Part shown: in pieces, positions 53,501 through 62,841 of the stretch
Position numbering within the stretch: the first letter of the stretch is position 1
How the letters are laid out: every line of letters starts with the position of its first letter
NCBI GenBank assembly: GCA_003707115.1
Contig: PPNB01000006.1
Coordinates: forward strand, 124,001-188,000
Origin: Tortispora ganteri
Taxonomy: Eukaryota
Direction of reading: 5' to 3'
DNA: 64,000 nt
Notes under the pieces: model-generated
The model's database searches: none
What the model was told of the DNA's origin: nothing
What the model saw: only the letters and a program-made list of their open reading frames with translations
Translations under genes and position numbers: made by a program

Positions 53501-55361
53501 ATCTTCGAACATATAATCCTGACTTAAAGGCACCGAGGGCAGAGAGCTCCGATAGGATTTTGCAGACGGAATTTGTGTCAAGGGAGAACGCTTCAAGGGC
53601 CGAGAAAAGGCTATCCAGAAGGACATCTGCAATTTCTTTCTTCTGGCTATAGGCGTCCTTTAGTAAAGACGTTGCAAAATAGATTCGATCAATTGAGTGG
53701 TAGGTAGTCCCAGAAGCACCCCAGACGAGTATAGATGATATGATTAAATCGAGAGACAGTTTAGAGTTGAACAACTTTAGTATGATGCTTGTTAAGGACT
53801 CGTCACATAATAGATGACTATCAAATAGGGTGAAAACATCCAGTTGAGTCTCCAAAAGAATACCCCCAGATAAGAAGTATGTAATGTCACAATTTCGGTG
53901 ACTTATAGTATGGAGATCACGCATGACACTGGGTACGTTGCTCAGTTGAATTATATTGTAAAGTGTTCCGGACACCTCATTCCAGGTCCACGGAATAACA
54001 AAAGCATGAGGCATACTAATAAAGAGCTCAAGAATATAAGTACCTGTTCGATAATACAAAGGCAAGAGATTGCGCTTTTCAGAAGGGTTATCTGTGATAA
54101 AGGCAGCAATATTCTTACATTGAACAAGAAGTACTACAGCCAATTTTCGCAAAGCAGACGGATTAGCAATGTAGCGTTTCCAGAAGAAGCAAACCAATAC
54201 TAGGTATACTGAGAAGGAGCTTATATCGGCAGCCTTAAGTGATTTTGTCAGCCAAGAAAGAAATGAGGGTAAATCAATTAGGTTTTCAGCTATTAACTGG
54301 GAAACAAAAAGGATCATGTATTCGAAACGGCTGTCCCAAGGTCTTGTAGAAGAAGCACCAATAGTGGTGTTTGTGAAAGAAGAGGAAGGGTTGTTATTGG
54401 AAGAAGTTGAACGATACATGGACGACATAGATGAGCGCAAAGGCGAGATTCCAGCCCTAGCCGTTGGACGAAGTGCAGAAGTAGTCGGAGCAGTAGTACT
54501 TGAAATTGGAGTTGAAGCTCGAGGAGCAGAGTTCGCAGAAGAATTGTCGAACTCGTCACTAATAAGGGTTGAGATGAACTCTATGACATTGTTTGTCCAC
54601 TCCATTTTCCACTTGAATTCGTTTTGCTGATTAGACGACAATTGTTGGCCCTTGTTACGCTTCAGTCCGCGTATTTCGTTAGCAGCGACGCATTTCACTA
54701 GCCAGAGGGCGCGATCTATGGGGATGTTTTTAGAGCAGCACTGGTCAATTAGGGCGACGTCACGAACGGAATGAGGAATAGTTCTTGAGAGTTTTCTGAG
54801 TGGCACGGTGGGGGTAGCGAGATCGCGGAGCCAAGCTTCACGCCGCTGTTCAGTTAAGGTAACGCGTGGCGGGGGTTTGAAGGTTGGAGGGGCGGTGATA
54901 GTCTCGAGAGTAGCTCGACGGCGTAGAGCTTGAACCATGAAAGATGACATGGCGGTAAGGGAGGAGCTAGATTTGACTAACGGTAAGAGCTGGCTAAATG
55001 CGGAATTAGTTTCCTCTGGATCATTTCGGCGATTATAGGACTGCTGAACTGCGGCGTCTTCTGGAAGAGAGGCGCTGCGAGGAAAGAAATCTGGATAGAC
55101 TGATTTAGTTGACGAGGACTGGGTAGAGCCGGAGAGAGGTTTAAGGAAGGAAGGAGGAGTCATGAAGTAAATGACTCGCTCATTTCGCAGTCTGTGTGTA
55201 AGCGAACTAGGTGAATGAGTGGAATTAACAGGTACTGGGCTGGAGGAAGCGGAAGCGGGGGCAGCAGGCGCTGTTACAGGTCGTGAACCTGGCAGTCTTT
55301 GATTGGAAGCCATGTTCGGTGGGCCAGCGGAGCTTTGTGGTCTAGATAAGTCAGAAGACAT
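50580..55361 (-). CDS. SRB8: Mediator kinase-module subunit Med12/Srb8
   Basis: Med12 domain TFKPPPRVTLTEQRREAWLRDLA...PLRKLSRTIPH...IPIDRALWLVKCV; C-terminal KPFELFED. Confidence 0.9.
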   Translation of the reverse strand: MSSDLSRPQSSAGPPNMASNQRLPGSRPVTAPAAPASASSSPVPVNSTHSPSSLTHRLRNERVIYFMTPPSFLKPLSGSTQSSSTKSVYPDFFPRSASLPEDAAVQQSYNRRNDPEETNSAFSQLLPLVKSSSSLTAMSSFMVQALRRRATLETITAPPTFKPPPRVTLTEQRREAWLRDLATPTVPLRKLSRTIPHSVRDVALIDQCCSKNIPIDRALWLVKCVAANEIRGLKRNKGQQLSSNQQNEFKWKMEWTNNVIEFISTLISDEFDNSSANSAPRASTPISSTTAPTTSALRPTARAGISPLRSSMSSMYRSTSSNNNPSSSFTNTTIGASSTRPWDSRFEYMILFVSQLIAENLIDLPSFLSWLTKSLKAADISSFSVYLVLVCFFWKRYIANPSALRKLAVVLLVQCKNIAAFITDNPSEKRNLLPLYYRTGTYILELFISMPHAFVIPWTWNEVSGTLYNIIQLSNVPSVMRDLHTISHRNCDITYFLSGGILLETQLDVFTLFDSHLLCDESLTSIILKLFNSKLSLDLIISSILVWGASGTTYHSIDRIYFATSLLKDAYSQKKEIADVLLDSLFSALEAFSLDTNSVCKILSELSALGAFKSGLYVRRLISRGILFLEKNKESAQVHYSILELLDFSALSPALNSQKGFLLKNFKSKILSDTSTVLKPDETDAQQYFLQSVGVNGPSPITALSPSASSHCRGFEWRLEHEKFYSNLSFDVKRSLAHWMVEYCQRLLEANDVSSLSVDFVAYLISSLLLLQYIDRFVEIFELIVPKTTDGHVLSLFAVVIRRFRRELNHIGILERMSRTLVQQAKHVKRTSQISEYAFVTLIEDTKEYFPDIHADSVTLYVRNMASQNYLTPMSDVQPDVSDDIVVTSVLESLSSAGDRGEKSLTNDIQILLSKLVAASSSRSSDSTFESREILYALQYLRFQGNGEFDSCISKWISVQVDPTWDLKRRATCSDNIVESPKAVPQTPVVSSNIGPECLYRICVMLIAHGLVSLRAICDIWFAVAGDVQNLSTDMSNISTEITTDMSQVLLDLMLREDLTGYMIKHSEALSLQMYRQMFQTQESRYIIDVLFKFSSQIAAAKSLQQSLPGDMIESISKQFQAPMSLILQFQSELFIQRFDSFVQSLCRENASCLKNDERPQLFSELSDRHLEISEFFSCVVRVMESCVFDENFQSSDPLTTLKTLLKSAGNLLVSASQCLTHVYFVLSDLKADFPSIRLDSHVPSLNDLYLSFPPLAKDQAEGLLLDSIVLKIPLHLKQNVKFNIIQAFLKSNDLPYVYTISGFVQEHDAYSETSPAANLVPLMFQVLSAILREPSVKLDMSLYLIMAPCCVKLSDCCSNVQLNYHDNNVSAATSNALPAEYEADLRIAIELFCCLLSLCGRGISDMDLPADASALSSIRQDLLSATVNLISNSFMRLPCQASLLQKLIDSTNFFSEVSQDNFATGMSFQKLPETHMTSKDGQVSSSDSSIAEFFAERSREEISNLGLLWKFDCSALEAKRSIVAKNALRSDISSLYESPYSYNLTLVNKETHRFIGPLEVKPFELFEDSNPGTGENDVPISITLFDASRPFC

Positions 55362-55734
55362 TCAGGCGTGCCAGCTTCTGACTATATCCAGTGGAAAGTC
55401 CAATTCCAGCAGTGAATGAGGTTAGGAAAATTGCTGAAAAGCGGGCTTTATGTGTATTTCTGTATGTGTGAGAGTGTGCTGATTAGAAGAGAGATAGTGG
55501 TCCGAAACAATCTAGCGGGAACCGCATTAGAGTTAGAACGCAAAATAGTGTTGAATAAGGGTTAAGGGTTAAATAAAGTTATTTTTTACGTTATTATGGT
55601 GTGCTGTTTTTGACGGGCCAATGTCAGGTTAGCCAGTAGGTAACTAACATCAGTAAAAGCTTAGCGTTCTCCTCTCTTTTTACGCTGGTAGAACCTTCTA
55701 AGGGAGCCCCTCCACCGACGCAGAAAATAACATC

Positions 55735-56088
55735 ATGCCTTCAGATAAGCGAAAATTAGAGCTGGCAGTACCCTACGTGCCTGCGAAACTGAAAAAAACT
55801 CAGGGATTAGGTATGGTTAACACATCTATGCCCATGATGGCCACTTTTATGCGATCTAAGGTCCTAGCATGGAGTTCTGTATTCAACGCGATGCAGACTT
55901 ACATGTCTGACACCGATGATAAGGTTGAGGAAGGCCTTTCGACGCTATTCAAGATTGGAATAGCTGGCGCTTCAATTGTAGTTACATACACTGACCTACT
56001 CTTTCCGAGTAAACCCGCTGCGCCGACCAAACTTGACACTGTCGCTTCTACGGTCTCCAGCATCATTTCTACTGCGACGGCTGCCTGA
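55735..56088 (+). CDS. PAT complex subunit Asterix (UPF0139)-like
   Basis: DKRKLELAVPY...SMPMMATFMRSKVLAWSSV pattern in a small membrane protein. Confidence 0.7.
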   Translation: MPSDKRKLELAVPYVPAKLKKTQGLGMVNTSMPMMATFMRSKVLAWSSVFNAMQTYMSDTDDKVEEGLSTLFKIGIAGASIVVTYTDLLFPSKPAAPTKLDTVASTVSSIISTATAA

Positions 56089-56179
56089 ACGCAGTAAGTT
56101 AGCAAGCTGGAACTTGCCGAACGTCAATAGAAGTTATGTCTGTTTCAAATGCAATAGTTCGTAAATATTCCTTTTCTTT

Positions 56180-58006
56180 TTAATCAGCGTTAAAAATTAC
56201 GTAGCAGTTGGTGAGGATGGTCTCGATCACCTGGCTTGTGCTAGGCATATCCTCCGCCCCTCCAGTAGTGCCCATAAGGGTAGGTCCCCATACCACCCCG
56301 AGATTGTACGCCGACATCCGGTTTTGAGTTTCGTGCTCCTGCACACGATACAGATGGAAGCACAGGTACCGCAGTGTTGTATAGTTAGGGTCCGGAAGCT
56401 TGTTAACCTGGGTATGAATCGCATCTCTTCGCTGAGTTTCGTTCTGGATTTTGGACCCTTCAATAAACGCATTGTACAGTTCATTCGTCAAAAGAGGGTC
56501 AGGTATCTCGCGGAAGTACTGCTTTAATAGACCAGATACGTTATTAATATCATTAAAGAAATCGTCTGGACTAGAAAACTCTCCCGGTTGCGACCACGGA
56601 ATATTGAACTTCTGCTTCAACATTTGAATCTTCGAAACATCTCCATTTATCCGGTATATACCCTCAGAATCAATACCAAATTCATCTATCGCGCGAATGC
56701 AATGGTACACGACATACGGCACCATACCTCCTTCATAATCGAGCAAATCTCCAATTGCAGTGCCAAACACCGCCGGCGGAACACCAGGTGGAAGATTTGA
56801 TTTTGTGACTTCCATTGCTAGTGAGGTCTCATCATTAGATAAATACTCGCTCGAACTTTGGAAATTAACAGCAGATGATTGGCCTGCGCCTGCACTCGGT
56901 AGAATGCTCTGCCCAGGAGTTTGTTCTGAGGCACTGGTAACTATATTCTCGGAGGGAACATCAGACGTGCGTACGCCAGGATCAGTACCGATGGAAGTAC
57001 TGGTATTAGTAGTATTATTAGCTTGGACACCACTTTGAGACTCTATTTGGGCTCTTGTGACCGGCCGAGAGTTTATGCTCTGGAGCACATAATTGTACAG
57101 ATCCAGCTCGTTGTCAATAAGAGCAATTGTCTCGCGAGCTGTGAGGGCAGTAGATGTTTCCGTTTTAATGGGACTGACGGCTAGACCATCATTGAGAGCC
57201 TTAGCTTCGCAGAGACCCGCGTAGCGTTGCAGCTGTAAAGTCATCGCGGCATCGCACTCAGCAATTAGATCCTTAAGTTGCCTCACCGCGTCAGGGCGTA
57301 AAGCGTTGAGCAATTGTCCACGAAGTTTTTGCGCAGTTAAAACTTTCTGGTTGTACTCTGTTTCGGCAGTTACGATCTTGCGCATGAGCTCCTCCTCATG
57401 CTGGGGTCCGGCCTTTGCACCTCTTAAGAAGCCTTTACGGGGATCGCCAGACCGCGAACGATCGAGATCTTCACGTAGAGACAAAAGTTTTGATTTTGCT
57501 TTATCCATTGCTTGTTCTGCATCTTGGACGAGCTTTTCGTTTCTGAGGTTGGATTCCTTAACCACTTTGCGACTTTTTTCTATGTTCCTGATGACCTCGG
57601 TCAGTTCGTCGAAAATCGCCTGCACGCCTGCAACAAACCTATTAGTAGCATCGGCTCGTCGCTCCTCTATACGTATAAGCTGTTCGAATTGCGACGAAAA
57701 AGAGTCCTTTCTTCCTTCAGGCTTAGCAATGGCCTCCTTCGTATTTCTGTATAGTTTACGCATATCTGACGCATAGCTCTCCTCAGCACTCACTTTTTTC
57801 TTAAGAAAAGACAAGCACTCCTTGCCAGAGACTATGCTACGCTTCAATCTAGCAAGCAACAAGCTCACGCCTCTATCAGAATGTAAGATCTTCTGTATGG
57901 TGACATCTTGTACCAGGTTGGCAGATTTCGGTGGCATAATGCGGTTATCATCTGCAACGCCACCCATCTCTTTTGTGGCCTCTATACTATAATCCTTGGT
58001 ACTCAT
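56180..58006 (-). CDS. RGD1: F-BAR/RhoGAP protein Rgd1
   Basis: SDRGVSLLLARLKRSI F-BAR region; RhoGAP motifs EGIYRING, LLKQYFREIPDPLL and NRMSAYNLGVVWGPTL. Confidence 0.9.
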   Translation of the reverse strand: MSTKDYSIEATKEMGGVADDNRIMPPKSANLVQDVTIQKILHSDRGVSLLLARLKRSIVSGKECLSFLKKKVSAEESYASDMRKLYRNTKEAIAKPEGRKDSFSSQFEQLIRIEERRADATNRFVAGVQAIFDELTEVIRNIEKSRKVVKESNLRNEKLVQDAEQAMDKAKSKLLSLREDLDRSRSGDPRKGFLRGAKAGPQHEEELMRKIVTAETEYNQKVLTAQKLRGQLLNALRPDAVRQLKDLIAECDAAMTLQLQRYAGLCEAKALNDGLAVSPIKTETSTALTARETIALIDNELDLYNYVLQSINSRPVTRAQIESQSGVQANNTTNTSTSIGTDPGVRTSDVPSENIVTSASEQTPGQSILPSAGAGQSSAVNFQSSSEYLSNDETSLAMEVTKSNLPPGVPPAVFGTAIGDLLDYEGGMVPYVVYHCIRAIDEFGIDSEGIYRINGDVSKIQMLKQKFNIPWSQPGEFSSPDDFFNDINNVSGLLKQYFREIPDPLLTNELYNAFIEGSKIQNETQRRDAIHTQVNKLPDPNYTTLRYLCFHLYRVQEHETQNRMSAYNLGVVWGPTLMGTTGGAEDMPSTSQVIETILTNCYVIFNAD

Positions 58007-58577
58007 TAAAAATACACACGTCAATAAATAGTCTGACTATACAGATAAAAGACTTTGCTGCTATAGTTCCTGAATACAAGGGCTAAATATGTGTATCGTT
58101 TTCTGCCCTGAAAGTTGGATAGGTGTCCCCCCTTGACCTTCCACATAGCAACACATCAAGGTTGGTAAGTGAGTTCTGCCTTTTACTTCGAGCTTACCAC
58201 CCGCAACACTACCCTATGATTTGTCATTTGCCACATGTCACTCTAATTGATCGAATAATTTAGATTAAAACACAAAACAGTGTTTCTAGAAAGCTATATT
58301 GTACTGTAATACCAGAATTGTTATTTTGCAAGCAGTTACCCTACCACTTCACGTTATAATGAGGTCAAACGACTTTCCCCCTCCAGTCGTCCCAGTCGTC
58401 TCAGCCGTACTTTACCTTCCCTCTCAATTGGGTCGTTTCCACCTGACACGGAATCAATATTACAATTCGGAATGAGCCTAAAGCTTTTAGTTCCCCGCAA
58501 ATGATAGAGACAAATCCGATCATAAAATATAAATACTAGTGATCACTTTCTTAAATGTCTTCTTATCTCTGAGTAAT

Positions 58578-60401
58578 ATGACTAAACGCGCTATAAGAAT
58601 TGGAGGTGCATCGGGATGTAGTGCTGACCAGATCGATGGCATTGTTCGTCTGGCAGACCCGGCCCAAAACGTTGATGTCATTATTGGCGACTGGATGTCT
58701 GAAGCGAACATGCCCAAAGCCGCCTTTCGTAAAATCTCTGGTTCCGTAGGATACGAGGCTGACTTTCTGAATGCACTAAAACCAGCTATATCTAGACTGG
58801 CCGAGAGAAAGGGCAATCTGAGGCTTGTCGTAAACGCTGGCGCCGCAGACCCCGAAGGTCTAGCAAAGAAGACACAGGAACTCACAAGCAGAACAGATCT
58901 CTCTATTGCTTACATAACTGGAGACGATGTGACTAAGCAGGTTTTGTCTGACGGAAAGCCTACAGATTTCATCAACTTGGATGATCCTTCTAAGACTCTC
59001 GCTGACTGGAAGTACAACGCCGAGTATGCTCAGTGTTATCTTGGTGCATTTGGAATTGCTACAGCACTTTCTGCTGGTGCAGATATAGTGATTTGCGGAC
59101 GCGTTGCTGACGCTAGCCCTGTAATTGGTGCCGCTCAATGGTGGCATGGCTGGAAGCGCGATGATCTCGACTACCTTGCGGCATCATTTGTCGCTGGTCA
59201 TTTCATTGAATGCAGCTTTTACGTTACAGGAGGCAATTTTAGCGGATTTAAGCGTCTATCAAACGGTGATTTAACGGATCTCGGCTATCCAATTGCTGAA
59301 ATTGGCCCTGCAGGCGAAGTCGTAATCACAAGAGAGTCTGGTCATAAGTCGGGCGGTGTGACTATCGAAACAGTGGCTTGCCAACTGCTCTACGAAATAC
59401 AGGGACCTTATTATTTCAACTCTGATGTAACAGCAGTACTTGATGGTATTAAGCTCAAACAGGTTGGTAGTGATCGGGTTGAACTCACTGGTGTTGTAGG
59501 TAAACCTGCTCCGTCAACTACCAAGGTTGGCGTCATGGCTAAAGGTGGCTATGAGGTTGAGGCTTACTGGGTTTTATGTGGCCTTGATATCCCAGAAAAG
59601 GTGAAGGCTCTCGAGGAAAATGTGAAAAGCTCTCTTGGAGACAATTTGAAGAACTTCTCTCATTTCAAAGTATCTACGATCGGTTCTGCTTTTCCTAACG
59701 CCGACAGCCAGGCTGCGGCTACTGTTTTAGCTCGTATTCATGCTCGTGCAGACAGAGCAGAGGATCTCTCGGGAGAGAAGTTTTTTCTCCCTTGCATGCG
59801 TGTATTGATGGAGACTTATCCAGGATCCACACCTCACTTGACACTTATACCATCTGCTATTACACCAATGCCGTTCTATGAATACTTTTTGACAATCCTT
59901 GACCAAACCAAAGTTACACACCAAGTACATATGATTTCTACTGGTAAAGTACTTGATATAGCCCCTACGTCAGTTACTGCTCCTTATGATGAACAGCCCT
60001 CTTACGATGCTAAACCATTCAGTGAAGAACAGAAGGCTGCTTATCAAGACACTGTAAGACTACCTCTTGGTACGATAATTGAAGGCAGATCAGGTGACAA
60101 AGGTGCGAATGCTAATGTTGGATTTTTGGCCACAAATGCTGAGCATTATGAATGGCTGAGATCCTTTCTGTCAATTAGCAAGATGAAAGAATTGCTGGGC
60201 AAGGATTACGACCCATCACACAAGATTGAAAGATTTGAGATCCCAGGTATTAGAGCTGTGCATTTCCTTCTTCGTGGACATCTTGGCAAGGGTGTTAACT
60301 CTACTGAGACTTTAGATTTCTTAGGTAAGAACGTTGTTGAGTTTTTGCGTGCACGTTATGTGGATATTCCTCGATCATTCTTGCCTTCATCTTCTCTGTG
60401 A
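58578..60401 (+). CDS. AtuA (DUF1446) acyclic terpene utilisation family protein
   Basis: IRIGGASG, DVIIGDWMSE, GADIVICGRVADAS, GHFIECSFYVTGGNF and RSGDKGANANVG. Confidence 0.9.
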   Translation: MTKRAIRIGGASGCSADQIDGIVRLADPAQNVDVIIGDWMSEANMPKAAFRKISGSVGYEADFLNALKPAISRLAERKGNLRLVVNAGAADPEGLAKKTQELTSRTDLSIAYITGDDVTKQVLSDGKPTDFINLDDPSKTLADWKYNAEYAQCYLGAFGIATALSAGADIVICGRVADASPVIGAAQWWHGWKRDDLDYLAASFVAGHFIECSFYVTGGNFSGFKRLSNGDLTDLGYPIAEIGPAGEVVITRESGHKSGGVTIETVACQLLYEIQGPYYFNSDVTAVLDGIKLKQVGSDRVELTGVVGKPAPSTTKVGVMAKGGYEVEAYWVLCGLDIPEKVKALEENVKSSLGDNLKNFSHFKVSTIGSAFPNADSQAAATVLARIHARADRAEDLSGEKFFLPCMRVLMETYPGSTPHLTLIPSAITPMPFYEYFLTILDQTKVTHQVHMISTGKVLDIAPTSVTAPYDEQPSYDAKPFSEEQKAAYQDTVRLPLGTIIEGRSGDKGANANVGFLATNAEHYEWLRSFLSISKMKELLGKDYDPSHKIERFEIPGIRAVHFLLRGHLGKGVNSTETLDFLGKNVVEFLRARYVDIPRSFLPSSSL

Positions 60402-60512
60402 TGCAGGCATACAAGTATACTTTTTTATATACAGATCTTTTATCATTCCTAGAGTTTTATAATAAGCTACAAAAGACTAAGATTATATGCAAAAAATGGA
60501 TAGATTCTTGCA

Positions 60513-62396
60513 TCAAGATTGTTCCAATTCCCATGCAAGAAACTTTCCACTTTCAACATCCTTTCTAGAGAATTTGACTTCATCCGGCAAGCCCATGGAA
60601 TGTAAGAATACAACTGCAGCGTCCCATTCTAGTTGTTTTCGCCGAGAGTCCCATGAGAGTTCGTCTGCCATCGTGTCAATAACCTGCGGAAGCGCTTCTA
60701 GCGCGCCTTTGACATTCAGGAACGACAAACGGGTTCTTCTTGCTATTACGTCAATGGCTGTGACTGCATACTCGTGGCGGACAGCATAGCGAACTTCGCC
60801 ATCTATAAAAAGTTCACTTTGAACTAGTTTTTTGCCTTTTACGGGCCATCTGGTGCCTGTGAGGCTTGACAGTTTCAGAACCTCATCAGCACGGTCTCCG
60901 TAGTTCTCAGAAAGGTGCTTTGCAGTCGCATCGTCAATACCGTAAGTATTAGATAATTCTATAAAATGAGTTGAGAACCACTCTTCACCGCCGACTAAAG
61001 GAATTACTTCTGTTAGGCACATTCCAGCTGGCAGTCCCAGAAGCTCGGCGGCTTTATCGACAGTTTCTTTAGCCATTTCACGATAAGTAGTCCATTTTCC
61101 ACCAGCGATAGTCAACAAACCAGACGGAGATATAGTTATAATGTGATTTCTGACCAGTGACTCTGTATTTTCCGCGTCGGGATCTTTCACAAGAGGACGG
61201 ATGCCAGACCATGAAGCAAGTACGTTCTTCTTTGAGAGTGGGTACCGCTTAGAATCTATGTAGTGACTAACTTCGTTGAGTATAAAGTCAACATTATCTT
61301 CAGTGGCTTTCGGGTTGGCTTCTATGGGGCAAGGTTCATCAGTAGTACCAACAATAGTCTTTGACTGCCATGGAAGGAAGAAAATGACGCGGCCATCAGA
61401 GGTGTTAGGGTCGATAAGACCGTATCTGCTAGAAGAGTAGTGTCCTGGAAGTATTAAATGTGCGCCAGAGGAAGGCTGGACCATGTTTGAGACGTTAGGG
61501 TTATCGAGTTTCCGTATACTGTCAGTGAACGGGCCTGTAGCGTTTACAACTAGCTTTGTTTTGACGGTACGAAGAGCGGTCGAGTTTTCGCCTCCAGCTT
61601 GCGGAGAAACATCTCTGACAGTGACAGATTCTATACGACCTTCTTCATTTTTACCAAAACACACGGCTTCACAGTAATTAAGAACAGTTGCACCGAATTC
61701 TGCAGCAGTCATGCATAGCGCGACGTTCATTCTTGAGTCATTGTGCGTGCCGTCGTAGTAGACAAGTGCGCCCTTTAAGCCTTCAGATTTTAGGGCAGGA
61801 AACTCTGTCAGGACTCTTGAAGCACGCATAAAAAACGAGTTTCCTATAGAACGGTGGCCGGCGAGCAGATCATAGGCCTTTGTGCCGACAAAAAAGTAGG
61901 GGATCTCCCAGTACTTGTATGTGGGGACCATTATAGGCAAAGAAGCTGAAAGATGAGGAGCTATAGACAAGAAGACCTTACGCTCATGTAAGGCCTCACG
62001 TACTAGGTTGAATTGCTCGTAGTCAAGATTGAAGACCGCCTTTTCCAGGTACCGAACACCTCCATGGACCAATTTTGTTGATTTAGAAGAAGTACCTGAA
62101 GCAAAATCGTTTCTATCTATGAGCAGGACATTTTTAAACTGTCCTCTTGTTATTGCATCTACTGCTATTCCAGATCCGGTTGCACCTGCGCCGATAATAA
62201 CCAAATCGTACTGATCGTCTAGTCTAGCCAGCTGCTGTTCTCTTGTCGGCACGTTTCTCGATCTCGGGGGCACCAAGGAACGCGCTTTTGTGAGGTACGC
62301 ACTTTCTAGAGAATTTGAATAAACAGAGTACGCAAAGGACGCGCCTACCACTGCACCAGAAGCCATCAGGCACTTCTTGAGGAGTCTGGAAGGCAT
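60513..62396 (-). CDS. GUT2: Mitochondrial FAD glycerol-3-phosphate dehydrogenase
   Basis: IGAGATGSG, DFASGTSSKSTKLVHGGVRYLEKA, GGKWTTYR and ARRTRLSFL. Confidence 0.96.
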   Translation of the reverse strand: MPSRLLKKCLMASGAVVGASFAYSVYSNSLESAYLTKARSLVPPRSRNVPTREQQLARLDDQYDLVIIGAGATGSGIAVDAITRGQFKNVLLIDRNDFASGTSSKSTKLVHGGVRYLEKAVFNLDYEQFNLVREALHERKVFLSIAPHLSASLPIMVPTYKYWEIPYFFVGTKAYDLLAGHRSIGNSFFMRASRVLTEFPALKSEGLKGALVYYDGTHNDSRMNVALCMTAAEFGATVLNYCEAVCFGKNEEGRIESVTVRDVSPQAGGENSTALRTVKTKLVVNATGPFTDSIRKLDNPNVSNMVQPSSGAHLILPGHYSSSRYGLIDPNTSDGRVIFFLPWQSKTIVGTTDEPCPIEANPKATEDNVDFILNEVSHYIDSKRYPLSKKNVLASWSGIRPLVKDPDAENTESLVRNHIITISPSGLLTIAGGKWTTYREMAKETVDKAAELLGLPAGMCLTEVIPLVGGEEWFSTHFIELSNTYGIDDATAKHLSENYGDRADEVLKLSSLTGTRWPVKGKKLVQSELFIDGEVRYAVRHEYAVTAIDVIARRTRLSFLNVKGALEALPQVIDTMADELSWDSRRKQLEWDAAVVFLHSMGLPDEVKFSRKDVESGKFLAWELEQS

Positions 62397-62841
62397 TGTA
62401 GAAACAGAAAAGGTAGGGACGAGATTCACAGAAATGCGATTAGAAAAGAGCGAAGATTTTATGAAAATCAGCTAAGTCAATGACTTAATTAGTTAAAAAT
62501 CAAGAAGAAAAAAAAGGTAGAAAAACAGAAATTGTTTATCAATTATATAAGCAACAAAAATGAACAGGAAAAAACTATGAACTAAATGAGAATTGGTTTC
62601 GCCCTAAACCATCTCAAAACTCTATTTTAAGCAACGGGGAAGAAAATAATGATGACACTTTTAGTGAAATGGTGGGGGGTAGGGAAAAGGTGTCTAGTTT
62701 GATTTCATGTGGCAGGCGATTTTAATGGTCAAACTCTAAATTACCACAGAATTCAAGATTAACGACCATTGTTTAGTACTTACAACTACAAAATCATTTA
62801 TTGATGATCTACTATATATATTTATCATTTAAATGTCAATA

